DNA of 64,000 bases, from positions 49,017,700 to 49,081,699 of the forward strand of contig NC_090402.1 of the NCBI RefSeq assembly GCF_036365525.1, written 5' to 3'. The notes under the pieces are model-generated. The model did no database searches, had not been told where the DNA came from, and saw nothing but the letters and a program-made list of their open reading frames with translations. Both the position numbers and the translations under genes were made by a program. The DNA is from Heterodontus francisci. Its lineage: Eukaryota. Shown here piece by piece: positions 1 through 12,819 of the stretch; within the stretch, counting starts at the first letter, position 1, and the number at the start of each line of letters is the position of its first letter.

Positions 1-275
1 GACTTGGTCTTCTCTAGGACTGTATGGTGGTCACTCCTACCAGTACTGTCATGGACAGATGCATCTGTGGTAGCCATATTGGTGAGGATGAGGTCAAGTA
101 TATTTTTCCCTCTTGTTGGTTCCCTCACCACCTGCCCCAGACCCATTCTATTAGCTATCTGCTTTAGGACTCTGCCAGTAGTGGTGCTACTGAGCCACTC
201 TTGGTGATGGACATTGAAGTCTCCCACACAGAGTACATTCTGTACCATTGCTACCCCCTCCAAGTACTGATTCAT
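1..275 (-). mobile_element. LINE fragment (CR1/L2-superclade family, AP-endonuclease region)
   Basis: Near-identical to 32320-32600 and 58820-59110, whose minus strand encodes APE-like text (e.g. VREPTRGKNLLDL). Confidence 0.75.
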
Positions 276-1340
276 TAGTGGACCAACATTTACTTCAGCT
301 ACTCTCTTCCTTTTTACATCCTTAGAAAAGCTCTTACAATCTGTTTTTATATTTCCGGCTAGTTTACTCTCGTTCTATTTTTTTCCCTTTTTATCAACTT
401 TTGGGGGCTCTTTGGTTTCTAAAACATTCCCAAACCTCAATCTTGCTACTGTTCTTTGCAACATTCAGCCTTTTCTTTTAATCTGATATTATCCTTAAAT
501 TTCTGAGTCTTTCTTACTGAGTTTATGTTTTTCAATGGAGTAGATTTTTGTTGAACATTTTGAATTGTTTCTTTAAATTTTTCCCACTGTTTATTTACTG
601 CCATACCTTTTAGTCTATTTACCCAATCAACCTTAGCCATTTCTCCCCTCATACCTATGTAATTTGCTTTGTTTAAGCATAAGATTCTTGTTTTTAATTG
701 GAGTATGTCACTTTCAAATTAAACATGCAAATCAATGGTATTGATCACTATTTCCCAGCAGATCTTTTTCTGAGATTAATAATTAACCATGCCTCATGAC
801 ACAATACTAGATGTAAAATAGCTTTATCCCTAGTTGGTTCCACCATGTATTGCTCCAGGAAACTGTCATGAAAACATTCTCCAAACTCATCTTCTAGACC
901 ACCCTTGCCAATTTGATTGTCCCAGACTATATGAAGATTAAAATCCCTCACAATTATTACATTGCTTTTGTTACAAACTCGAATTGTTTCTTGTTTAGTG
1001 CTCTGTCCAATGGTATAACTACTTTTAGGGGGCTTATAAACTACACCCACCAACGTTTTCCGACTCTTGCTATTCCTTATCTCCACCCATACTGATTCTA
1101 TTTCATGATCTTCTGAGCCCAGATCCTTTCTCACTAACACCCTATGTTATCCTTTACTACCAGGGCTACCCCTCCTTTGCCATTCTGTCTGTCTTTCTGA
1201 AATATTGTGTATCCTGGAATATTTATTTCCCATCCTTAGTCACCTTGTAATCATGTTTTTGTAATGGCAATTAAATCTAAACAGTTTTGCTCTATTTGTG
1301 CCACTAGTTTATGCTTCACGCATTCTGATAAAGAACCTCG
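276..1340 (-). mobile_element. CR1 (HER1-like) LINE fragment, ORF2 endonuclease region
   Basis: ORFs 748-1140 (ESVWVEIRNSK...VGVVYKPP...DFNLHI) and 446-652 match CR1 ORF2 APE domain text; broken by stops/frameshifts. Confidence 0.85.
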
Positions 1341-1519
1341 AATTTCATTTTTTACTCTGCGATTTTTGCACTCCTCCAATTCTGGCCTTTTTTGTATCCT
1401 CGATTTACTTTGCTCCACAATTGGTGGCTGTGATATCAGCTACCTAGGCCTTAAAGCTCTGGAATTTCCTCCCGAAACCTTTGTTCCTTTAAGATGCTCC
1501 TAAAATCTATGTCTTTGTG

Positions 1520-2246
1520 CAACGACTGTTGGAGATGATCCGTGATGAGGAACAGCGGGTCCAACAGAGCATCCTGATGTAGAAAACCTACTGGATGGAA
1601 TTGCAGCAGAAGCGAACCAACATTAAAAACTATCTCAGCAGGTCTGGCAGCATCTGTGGAAAGAGAAGCAGAGTTAACGTTTCGGGTCAGTGACCCTTCA
1701 TCGGAACTGACAAATATTAGAAAAGTCACAGGTTATAAGCAAGTGAGGTGGGGATGGGGCAAGAGATAACAAAGGAGAAGGTGCAGATTGCATTTATTTC
1801 ATTTCATCTTAGTTTGTTCAGTTTGCTTACCCACTGTTTTTTTTCAGGTTTGCACTTGCTGCTGTTCAATATTCAGTGTATTTACACCTAATCTGTACTA
1901 ATGCTTTGTCTTTCAACACACCTTTAACATATTGTTTGCCTTTGCTCCGTGACCTTTTGGTCAGCTATGTGGTCTGGTCCAATCTAGACCTCCTTTGTTA
2001 TCTCTTGCCCCACCCCCACCTCACTTGCTTATAACCTGTGACTTTTCTAATATTTGTCAGTTCCGATGAAGGGTCACTGACCTGAAACGTTAACTCTGCT
2101 TCTCTTTCCACAGATGCTGCCAGACCTGCTGAGTGGTTCCAGCATTTCTTGTTTTTATTTCAGATTTCCAGCATCCGCAGTATTTTGCTTTTATTAAAAA
2201 CTATCTGGTGGACACACTGACCAAAATGGATGACTGTGCCCTTGTG
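1520..2246 (+). pseudogene. BSPRY: BSPRY pseudo-exon (coiled-coil region), interrupted by Penelope insertion
   Basis: Manual translation QRLLEMIRDEEQRVQQSILM*KTYWMELQQKRTNIKNYL[insertion]VDTLTKMDDCALV resembles remembered BSPRY QRLLEQVHGEEERAHQSILTQRVHWAEALQKLDTIRTGLVGMLTHLDDLQLI. TAG at 1580-1582; GT donor at 2247. Confidence 0.8.
1636..2192. mobile_element. Penelope-like element terminal remnant with inverted arms and 14-bp target duplication
   Basis: 1634-1777 is the reverse complement of ~1990-2131. ATTAAAAACTATCT occurs at 1622-1635 and 2193-2206. The same terminus flanks the GIY-YIG element at 35814-38152. Confidence 0.8.
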
Positions 2247-2326
2247 GTGAACAACATTACTATCCAGTCCCATTTATAAATTGCTTCTGTTTTCTGATTA
2301 ACTGAATTCACTCTCTTTCTCTGCAG

Positions 2327-2352
2327 AAACACCAGAAGGAAATATTTGAAAG
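2327..2352 (+). pseudogene. BSPRY: BSPRY 26-nt micro-exon (KHQKEIFER)
   Basis: ctctctttctctgcag|AAACACCAGAAGGAAATATTTGAAAG|gtatgc; matches BSPRY QKEQEIFER directly after the previous exon. Confidence 0.8.
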
Positions 2353-3586
2353 GTATGCCCAGTCAATAATATAGAGCAAACACTGGCTACATGTGAGCAA
2401 ATGAACATACGAGCTAGGAGCAGGACTAGGCCACTCAGCCCCTCGCGCCACCAATCAACAAGATCATGGCCGATCTTTACCTCAGCTTCATTTACCCACC
2501 TTTGACCCATATCCCTTGGTTGGGTTATAAACAATAACTACTTGCATTTAGATAGCATCTTTAATATAATAAAACATTCCAAGGTGCTTCACAGGGGCAT
2601 TACCAAACAAAATAGGACACAGAGCCACATAAGGAGATATTATGAGAGTTGACCAAAAGCTTGATCAAAGAGGTAGATTTTAAGGAACATCTTAAAGTAA
2701 GGGGGAAAGGTAGAGAAGTGGAGAGATTTAGGAAGAGAATTCCAGCGTGCAGGGCCTCAACAATTGAAAGCACGGCCACCAATAATCTGCCATCATTGTC
2801 ACTAGTCTGTGGATTTAAAAATACTTTTTGTTTGAAATAATCTTGCCAAGTTACTGGCAGGGATTACCTAAACCAGCTGCCTTATTAGTCAGGATACAGT
2901 CATCAACCTGGGGCAACAAGCAAGGAGCTTCCATCAGTCCTCTCCTTCTCATCCTGAGGGCTGTGAGTTCAGACAGTCATTTGCCCACGTGTCATCTTTA
3001 GTCTGTGATTTTTAATGTGATTCTTCTGCAAATGAAGTCCCAGCTGGGGAACTTGGTGGCCCAATGGATTAGGCTACTGACCTTTCACCTTTGGGACAGG
3101 GGTTCAGACCTGATGGGATGGAAGTGTTCTCTGTTTACTGGCTGTAAGGGTTCAATGGAAAATGTATCTCAATCTCATGAGTACAGGGCCTCAATATAAA
3201 ACCAGTTCTAATTGGCAGCATCACTGAGATGGGCTGATTGATGGTTGCTATGGGAACAAAATGTGACACTGGTGCAGTGGGGCCTGCTGTTCTGTGGTGG
3301 AGGTGTGTACTGGGACAGAGCAGAGAGAAGGCTTCACTGAACATCTCCTGGTGCTGACATCACTGCCTCAAGTATAAACTATTCCATTCCCCGGCGCTAA
3401 TATCTTCACCTCCAATTGGAAGACAAATTAATTTAGTGTCTTTTATGACCTCAGGATGTCCCAAAGCACTTCACAGCCGATGAAGTACTTTCTGAAGTGT
3501 AATCACTGTTGCAATGTAGGAAACGTGGCAGCCAATTTGCACACAGCAAACTCCCACATCCAACAAAGTGATAATGACCAGATAAT

Positions 3587-3905
3587 GGGCGGCACAGTGG
3601 CGCAGTGGTTAGCACTGCAGCCTCACAGCTCCAGGGACCCGGGTTCAATTCTGGGTACTGTCTGTGTGGAGTTTGCAAGTTCTCCCTGTGTCCGCGTGGG
3701 TTTACTCCGGGTGCTCCGGTTTCCTCCCACCGCCAAAGACTTGCAGGTGATAGGTAAATTGACTGTTATAAATTGCCCCTAGTGTAGGTAGGAGGGCATA
3801 TGGGATTACTGTAGGGTTAGTATAAATGGGTGGTTGTTGGTCGGCACAGACTTGGTGGGCCGAAGGGCCTGTTTCAGTGCTGTATCTATAAATAAATAAT
3901 AAAAA
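3587..3905 (+). mobile_element. HE1-type tRNA-derived SINE
   Basis: Head GGGCGGCACAGTGGCGCAGTGGTTAGCAC...GGGTTCAATTC with A/B boxes and a CR1-like 3' tail (TGGGCCGAAGGGCCTGTTTCAGTGCTGTATCT). Near-identical copy at 62712. Confidence 0.85.
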
Positions 3906-4189
3906 TAATCTGCTTTAGTGATAAGTATTGGCCAGGACTTGGTGGGGTGGTGAGGAGGTGGGTAAGGGTTGTGGTAGGGGAGTACCCTTCTGTTGTTCTT
4001 TTAAATAGTGCTCTGGGATCTTTCATGTCCCTCTGAGAGAGCAAATGGAGCCTCAATATAATGCCTCATCCGAAAGACAGCGCCTCCAACTCCCTCAGTA
4101 CTGCACTGGGAGCTAAAGGCCAGCTCAGGTGTACAATTTAAACCCGACCCGGGCCCGACCCGACCACATCTAACCCGAACCCGACCCAG

Positions 4190-4411
4190 TTTGATGATGA
4201 GTACATTGTCGCCCATGATGGCCAGCTGAAAACCTTGGATCTGTTGAGGCGCCCAAAGTTGATTGGTGTGCTGGTGGACAATGATGGGGGTGAAATCCTC
4301 TTCTATGATGCTGATGCCTGTGCTGTAATGCACAGCTATAGAACAAAGCTCACCTTTCCCATCCACGCTGCACTGGCGGTGACAGATGAAAGTATCATGA
4401 TTGTCCAATAA
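4190..4411 (+). pseudogene. BSPRY: BSPRY terminal exon fragment (C-terminal part of SPRY domain)
   Basis: FDDEYIVAHDGQLKTLDLLRRPKLIGVLVDNDGGEILFYDADACAVMHSYRTKLTFPIHAALAVTDESIMIVQ* resembles the remembered BSPRY C-terminus (YDQEFRFSHNGQHEPLGLLRGPAQLGVVLD...LLFYEP...FAVADQTISIVR). The 5' part of SPRY is absent, replaced by an ACCCGA-rich repeat. Confidence 0.8.
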
Positions 4412-5731
4412 CAGGATGGCGGATGCACTGGATATCTCCAAGTATGTGCCTAATATTTTGGTTCTGGAATTCTCTCATTCTGGGAAGAGATTCCTGTCTG
4501 ATTCTATGGGAACCAGCAAAATGTCTCAAAGTTGGTTTAAACAGAGCATAAAAGCTTCTTAGGTTGAGTTCCCAACATAGAGATGTTTCATTCTTGCTGT
4601 TTGGGTTATAGCAAGTCATCCTGTGTTAATAAGATGTTGACATAGCTTACAGTTAAATATGGAAAGGACGGGTAACAGGGATTTTCTTCTCTAGTTTTCT
4701 CCCCTCATTTTCCCTCTTGATTTCCTTGTTGATGTAGATTTTATTAAAATTTTGTTCGGGAGGTGGGCCTCATTGGCATGGTCAGCATTTATTACCCATC
4801 CTAGGTTGCCCTGAGATGGTGATCTTGGGCCTTCTTCTTGAATCACTGCTATCAGTTTGATACAACAGAGTGCAGTTAAGAGTCGACCACATTGCTGTGG
4901 GACAGGAATCACATGTCAGCCAGACAGGGTAAGGACAGCAGATTTCCTTCCCTAAAGGACAGCAGTGAAACAGATAGATAGGTTTTTACGACAATCCAGC
5001 ACCTTCATGGTCATCATTACTGATACCAGTGTTTTATTTCCAGATCTAAAAAAATTTGATTTCAAGTTCTCAAACGGCCATGGTGGGATTTGAACTCACA
5101 TTCTCTAGATTATCAGTCCAGTAACATAATTACTACACTACTGTACCATATTGTGGCACTGAATGTTGACAGGCTATTTCACTGTCAGAGATGTTCAGAG
5201 GGAGGGAGCTGACTGGATAGGGACAAAGAACAGGAACCAGGGCTGTTTTCTGCCTCACCCAGGGCCCCAAACATACCCTGCTATTGTCATCCTGGTAATT
5301 TAATGCAGAAAAGGATAAAATAACTGGTCATTGGGATCAGTCATGAAGTTTTTAATGTTGGCAATCTGTGAAATGGAAACTGTCTGAAATTCAGATTTTG
5401 TGTTGTGTGCCTGCTTGTCTAATGTTCCATCGAGGATGTTGAGATTTCCAGAGCCTTTCAGTTCCAGGTACAGACTGACTGGGTGAAACTGGGCAGAAAA
5501 GCCTCGAGGGGCTGAATGACCTGCTCTTGATCCTGTGATATATAATGCCTGCTTTTAATCCCTGGTATTGGAACAGTGTCCCCTGGATAGTGAGGGGTGG
5601 GTGCGAGGGCTGAGTGTAATAAATAAGCTACTGAAAACCATTTCATTTCTATCTCTCTCAAATTCTTTCAGCTCTTGCAATGTCACACCGCCACATTCTT
5701 TAAGAGGGTTTGGAGAGGGATAGAGTAGGGA

Positions 5732-6004
5732 TAGGGTTACCAACCCTCCAAAATTAACCTGGAGTTTCCAGGAATTAAAGATTAACCTTCTGGACACTGT
5801 TATGAGTAACTCAGGAGAAAATTAATGGGAGCAGTTAAAAAAAATTGTGTTCAGCTCATTCTCTGTTGAATACTTTTGCCTATTAATGCTAAAGACAGTG
5901 TAGATGTGGGGAGGGGGAAAGGCTGTTTGACCGGATGGGGCTGTTGGAGTGGGAGGCCATGTGACAAAACCACCATGAATACATGCAACCAGAGTTGGCA
6001 ACCT
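5732..6004. mobile_element. Non-autonomous DNA transposon (hAT-Blackjack-like MITE)
   Basis: Terminal inverted repeats TAGGGTTACCAAC ... GTTGGCAACCT; related copy at 17586-18033. Confidence 0.6.
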
Positions 6005-7189
6005 GAAGCAGAAGTGATCAAATAGATTGTGCTTTAAATAAGACTTGGGGGGAACCTATAACTGGAGGATATTGCCTCACAATACAGTAACAGTTATGGA
6101 ACCAAATAGGTTACAGAGATGGAGATGGGGTTGGCAGGATGGGCACTAAGCTCTAAATCTGATTACAAGAGGAGCAAAGCAACATGCACTCTCAATGCCC
6201 AGGGTACGTGGCACCATGTTGCTCACTCCCATTTGAAACATGTTTAGTTATATTTTGCCTCTTGTTGGTTACAATTGACCCTTCCAAATACTGTGAACAT
6301 GTATTGTTCCAGTGACTGAGCTGATTCCCTCAGCTACAAATTCTATGCTGGATCATGGCTGCACTGCACTACAGTGCCAGGAGTTAAAGGGCAGCATGAC
6401 CATTCAGAGAGCTTTGGAAAGGCTGAATTTCTGGAACTGTATATTCTCTAGTCTCAGTTATTTAACGATGAATGTATTTCTTATTCAATAGTGTGTTATC
6501 ATTAAATAAAAGTATTTACACAAATGTATTTATGTTTGTACTTCTGATTTATGAAAATTACTTTATTGAACACAGCTTTTGTTTTTTCCCTATTCTCTCC
6601 TCTATCTTTTGCAGCCATGTGTGCTCTGTGACTCAAATCCCTTTACAACATCGTATCACATCTCACTCTGTAACTGAGGCAAAATCTATATGAGAATGAA
6701 TGAGGCAGTGAGAGAAAGCGTGCATTGCAGTTGGTCAGCAATTTATATCTTTCTTCCCTCATTAAATTTGACATGAAGGTTGAGCATCACCTTCCATTTG
6801 CTGACTCTGCCAATCAGAATCCCCAGGTTTTCCTCATGCCATTCCCCCGGCAACTCACCTAAGTCACTGTTCAGAACATTGGAGGTGGTAATGTACATTC
6901 TCCAGGGAACTAGCCAGCACGAGTCACAATGAAGTACACTGAGGCACTGCACCTTTCTGCAATATTAAATTCATACACCAACCAGTGAACTTGTCCTCGA
7001 CACCTACAGACCACTGCAGTCTGCATCTTTCTCCCAAGCGGAACTTCCTCACTCCCCTTGATTATGACCTCTGCACACGACTGCACCATGAAGATCTGAA
7101 ATCATGACAATGTAGGTACTGTCCTTATGCCGGACGATACAGCCACAGTTTTGTGAAAGTAAGTACAGTGCATCTCTTGTATCTTGTTT

Positions 7190-7640
7190 GTACTGTAATC
7201 TGTAATCTTTCTCGGGAAAGACTGAGCAGGCTGGGGCTCTTTTCTCCAGAAAATAGAAGGATGAGAGGTGATTAATGATGTCTTTTAAAATCATGAAAGG
7301 GTTTGATGGGGTTGGCGTAGAGAAGATGTTTCCACTTGAGTCAGACCAGAACTAGGGCATCAATATAAGATACTAATAAATCCAATAAGGAATTCAAGAG
7401 AAACTTCTTCACCTAGAGAAGTGGTTAGAATGTAGAACCCACGACCACAAGGAGTAGTTGAGGCGAATAACATAGGTGCGTTTAAAGGGAAACTGTTTCG
7501 GAACATGATGGAGAAAGGAATAGAGGGTTATGCAGATAGGGTGAGATTACAAGGAGTGGGCAGAAGCTCGTGTGGAGCACAAATAGCAGCAGAGACCAGT
7601 TGGGCCGAATGGCTTGTTTCTGTGATGTAAATTATGTACA
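7190..7640 (+). mobile_element. CR1 LINE 3' fragment
   Basis: Degenerate CR1 ORF2 C-terminus and 3' UTR (TGGGCCGAATGGCTTGTTTCTGTG). Confidence 0.65.
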
Positions 7641-8159
7641 TTAAAGGATAGGCTTTGCATTCTCCTGGATGTCTTTCCATATTAAGGATAAATAATACAT
7701 ATTGTTTGTGAATTTTATTTTTACTGAGCCTGCTTTATTCATACTGTTCAGACAACAAGGCACCATTTGACTGGCTCCAGTGGGTTTTAAGGTTTTCTCA
7801 TTACTCCCTTTGAGATTTCAAGCACACCCCATACACATTGAAGGAGTGTTAATATGTGAACTTATATGTGATTGTCAGTGAGAGGCTTGACTGTGACTTT
7901 TCTCCCCCAGTTTTACTCTAATCTCCCAATTATTACAGACATTATTGACTCTGCTGCCGTACTGAGGACTTGTGCTCCTGAACAAACTGCACCCTTCGCC
8001 AAGCTGTTCCAGTACATCTACAACGCTGGCATCTACCTGACAATGTGGAAAATCTCCCAGCTAAGTCCTATTCACAAAAAGCGGGAAAATCCAATCCAGC
8101 ATTGAATACCCATCAGTCTACTCTCAATCATCAGCAAAATGATGGAAGGTGTGTCGACA

Positions 8160-11100
8160 GATCTATCAAGTGGCACTGAGTGCTGCTTGAGCGCACAGAG
8201 TGTAAAATCAGGAGTTTGCTGAGTGAGGGAGTTCAGTGAAGAGGGGAAATATAAATTAATTAACACAATTAAGGATGGCAGGACAGATGATGTGTTGCGG
8301 CTGCAGCATGTGAGAGCTCCTGGATGCCGCTGTAATCCATGGCAATCACATCTGTGGGAAGAGTCTGTGGCTTGAGGAGCTTTGGTTCAGAGTTAATGAG
8401 CTGGAGACTGAGCTGCAGACACTGTGATGCATCAGGGAGGGGTAGAGTTACCTGGACAATTTGTTCCAGAAGGCAGTCACACCCCTTAGGATAGGGTTTG
8501 GTCAGTGGTCAGGGACAGGCGGGTATGATTGCAAATCAGGCAGGCAAGGGGATCGAAAAGATGGAAGTGGAGGAGCCTCAGCCCTTGCAATTGACCAACA
8601 CGTTCAGGGTTCTTGCAGCTGTATGGGCAAGAGTGAAGGCTGTAGTATGGATGAGCAGACTGACCATGGCACAATGGTACAGGAAGCCATTCAGGTGGGG
8701 GGAGTTGAAAGGAATGTAGTGGTAGTAGGGGACAGTATAGTCAGGGGGATAGACACTGTTCTGTGCAGCCGAGAGTGAAAATCCAGAAGGCTGTGTTTCC
8801 TGCCCGGGGCCAGGGTTCGGGACATCTGCTCAGGGTTAGAGAGGAACTTGCAGTGGGAGGGGCAGTATACAGTGTCATGGTCCATGTAGATACCAATGAC
8901 ATAGATAGGACTAGGAAAAAGGTTCTGCATGAGGAGCTTGACACTAAACTAAAAGGCAGAATCTCAACGGTAATATTCTCTGGATTATTATCTGAGCCAC
9001 ATGCAAAATGGCATAGGGAAATAAGATTAGAGAGATGAATGCATGTTTCAAAGGCTGGTGTGGGAGAAGTGGGTTCTGGTTTATGGGGCACTGGCACAGT
9101 ACTGGGGAAAATGGGGGCCGTACCGTTGGGATGGACATCACCTGAACCATGCTGAGACCAGTTTTCTTGTGAGTCATATAACTGGGGAAGTAGTGAGGAC
9201 TTTAAACTAAATAGGGGGGTGGGGGCGGTGGTGGGGAAGGGATCATGCAGGGGAAGGAAATGTCAAAGCAATAAATCAAGGTAACAATAAAGGTAATGAT
9301 GATCAGAGTATGGCAGGAAGGGACAGTGATTGCAAAATAGTCTGCCGGCAGATAGGGCCAGAGTTTACAAAAACAGTAACAAATTGGAGTTCAGGGCTCT
9401 GTATCCACAGCATTCACAATAAAACAGATGAATTGTCAGTTCAAATAGAAATTCATATGTTGGACCTGATAGCCATTACAGAAATGTGGCTACAAGGAAA
9501 CCACAGTTGGGACCTGAATATCCAAGGGGATGTGACATTCAGGAAGGACAGGAATCTGGGAAAAGGTGGTGGGGTAGCTCTGTTAATTAAAGAGGGCATT
9601 AGTACTGTAGTGAGATATAACCTTAGTTCTAAAGATTAAGGCGTAGAATCAGTTGGTGGAACTAAGAAACCGCAAGGGGAAGAACACATTGGTGGGAGTT
9701 ATTTACAGGCCACCAAACACCACTGGTCATGTAAATCACAGTGCATATCAGGAAATTAGAGGTGCGTGTCACAAAGTTAATACAGTAATCATGGGGGCTT
9801 TCAATCTACATATAGACTGTGTAAACCTAATTAGTACTAATGTTGTGGTGGACGAATTCTTGGAATGTATGTGAGATAGTTTTCTAGAGCAGTATGTTGA
9901 GGAACTAACTAGGAAATGGGCTATTTTAGATCTAGTATTGTGTAATGAGAAGGACTAATTCATAATCTTGTAAAGGAGCCTTTAGGAAAGAGTGACCATA
10001 ATATGAAGAATTTTACAGTAAGTTTGAAAGTGATGTAGTTCAATCAGAAACTCGTGTCTTAAATTTATGCAAAGGAAACTATGTAGGTATGAGGGGCAAC
10101 TTGGCTCTGGTGGATTGGGAAACTATTTTAAAAGATATGATGATAGACAGGCAATGGCTAACATTTAAAGATCTAATATAGTTTACAACAAAAATACAAT
10201 CCTTTAATGCACAAAAACCAAGCAAGGAAAGTGTTCCAATCATGGCTAGTGAAAGAAATCAAGGATTGTATTAGAGTAAAGGAAGTGGTGTATAAAGTTG
10301 CCCAAAAAATGGTAAGCCTGAGGATTTGGAGCTTTTTAGAATTCTGCAAAGGAAGACCAAGAAAGGTATGCAAAAAGAAGATTAGCAAAAACAAATGTGG
10401 GTCCATTACAAGCGGAGTCAGGAGAATTTATAGTGGGGAATAAGGAAATGGCAGAGAAACTAAACAAATTCTTTGTGTCTGTCATCATGGAGGAAATACT
10501 GAAAACCTCCCATAAATTATACAGAATCAAGGGACCAGTGTAAACGAGGAACTGCAAGATATTAATATCAATAAAAAAGTGTACTAGAGAAATTAATGGA
10601 CTTTCTTTGGCCTCCTTGTCTCGCGTGTTCCATGCGCCTCACATGGCCAAGCCATCTCAAGCACCGCTGGCTCAGTAGGGTGTATATGCTGGGGATGTTG
10701 GCTGCCTCGAGGACTTCTGCGTTGGAGATACGGTCCTGCCACCTGATGCCAAGGATTCTCCGGGGCAGCAAAGATGGAATGAGTTGAGACATCGCTCTTG
10801 GCTGACATACGTGTCCAGGCCTCGTTGCCATAGAGCTAGGTACGGAGGACACAGGCTTGATACACTTGGACATTTGTGTTCCGTGACAGTGCGCCATTTT
10901 CCCACACTCTCTTGGCCAGTCTGGCTAGCAGCGGACACCTTTCCCATGCGCTTGTTGATTTCTGCATCAAGAGACAGTTTACTGGTGACAGTTGAGCCTA
11001 GGTAGGTGAACTCTTGAACCACTTCCAGAGCGTGGTCGCCAATATTGATGGATGGAGCATTTCTGACGTCCTGCCCCATGATGTTCGTTTTCTTGAGGCT

Positions 11101-12790
11101 GATGGCTAGGCCAAGTTTGTTGCAGGCAGCCGCAATCCTGTTGATGACACTGATGACCACGATGAAACAAGCAGACACTCTTCGGTGTGGGATGTTAATG
11201 CAGCATCATCAGCAAAGAGGAGTTCCCTGATGAGGACCTTCCGTACTTTGGTCTTCGCTCCAAGTCGATAAATTCCCTGGACCTGATGATCTACATCCCA
11301 GAATGGTGAAAGAGGTGGCTGTATCCATAGAAGATGCATTGGTGGTCATCTTTCAAAATTTTAAAGACTCTGGAATGGTTCCTGCAGAATTTAAGAAAGA
11401 GAAAATGGGGAACAACAGACCTGTTAGTCTAACATCAGTCATAGGGAAAATGCTACAACCTATAATAAAGGTCGTGATAACAGGACACTTAGAAAATAAT
11501 GGTAGTATTGGGCAGAATCAACATGGATTTATGTAAGGGAAATAATGTTTAAGAAACCTGTTGGAGTTTTTTGAGGAAGTAACTAGCAGAATAGATAAGG
11601 GGGAACTGGTGAATGCAGTATATTTAGATTTTCAGAAAGCTTTTGATAAGGTCCCACATAAGAGGTTAGTAGACAATATTAGAGTGCATGGGATTGGGGG
11701 GAATATACTGGCATGGATTGAGAACTGGTTAATGGACAGAAAACAGAGAGTAGGAAGAAATGGGTCATTTTCAAGTTGGCAGGCTGGACTAGTGGGGTAC
11801 TGCAAGGATGAGTGCTTGGACCCCAGCTGGACACAATCTATATCAATAACTTGGATGTGGGGATTAAATGTAATATTTTCAAGTTTGCAGATGACATAAA
11901 ACTAGTTGGAAGTATGAGTTGTGAAGAGGATGCAAAGATGCTTCAAGGGTTTTTGGAGAGGTTGAGCGAGTGGGCAAAATTTTGTCAGATGGAATACAAT
12001 GTGGTGAAATGTGAGGTTATCCACTTTGGGAGGAAAAACAGAAATACAGAGTATTTCTTAAATTGAGAGAGGCTGGGAAGCATTGAACTTCAAAGGGACT
12101 TTGGTATCCCCTGAAAGCTAACATGCACGTACAGCAAACAAGTAAGAAGGCAAATGGCCTTTATTATGAGTATTTGAGGATAGGAGTAAAGATGTCTTGC
12201 TGCAATTATATAGAGCCTTGGTGAGACCACACCTGGAGTATTGTGTGCAGTTTTGGCCTCCTCACCGAAGCAAAGATATACTTGCCATAGAGGGAGTGTA
12301 ATGAAGATTCACCAAACGAATTCCTGGGATGGGGGGATTGTCCTATGAGGAAAGATTAAATAGACTGGGCCTTTATTCTCTGGAATTTAGAAGAATGAGT
12401 GTTCAGCTCATTCAAACATAGAAAATTCTTCCAGGGCTCGAGAGGGAAGATTCAGGAAAGATGTTTTTCCCGGCTGGAGAGTCTAGAACCAGGGGACACA
12501 ATCTCGGATTAAGGGGCAGGCCATTTAGGACTGAGATGAGAAGGAATTTCTTCACTCACAGAGTGGTGAATCTTTGGAATTCTTTGCCCCAGAGGGCTGT
12601 GGGGGCTTAGTCATTGAGTATGTTCGAGACTAAGATCGATACATTTCTACATATTAAATCCATCAAGGGATACGGGGATATTGCAGGAAAATGTTGTTGA
12701 AGTAGGAGATCAGCCATGAACTCATTGAATGGCGGATCAGGCTCGAAGGGCTTAATGGCCTACTCCTGTTGCCATTTCTTATGTTCTTAT
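8160..12790 (+). mobile_element. Near full-length decayed CR1 LINE (ORF1 with SGNH esterase, ORF2 APE+RT, 3' UTR)
   Basis: ORF1 from ATG ~8276 with VVVVGDSIVRGIDT; APE fragments 9310-9874; RT YLDFQKAFDKVPH and KFADD at 11561-12066; 3' tail ATTTCTTATGTTCTTAT. Many stops. Confidence 0.85.
10603..11270 (-). mobile_element. RTE LINE fragment nested in CR1
   Basis: ORFs 10672-11178 and 11106-11339 (LLFADDAAL, VVQEFTYLGS) match the RTE at 25485-27980; CR1 text resumes on both sides. Confidence 0.85.
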
Positions 12791-12819
12791 TTACTCCGTG
12801 ATTCTGAGTTTGTGTTTTG

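Noticed and set aside
3587-3660. tRNA gene (also at 62712)
   Set aside because: The A/B boxes are the head of an HE1 SINE that continues into SINE body and tail.
4001-4441. 146-aa minus-strand ORF
   Set aside because: Antisense to the BSPRY SPRY fragment and running into SINE sequence.
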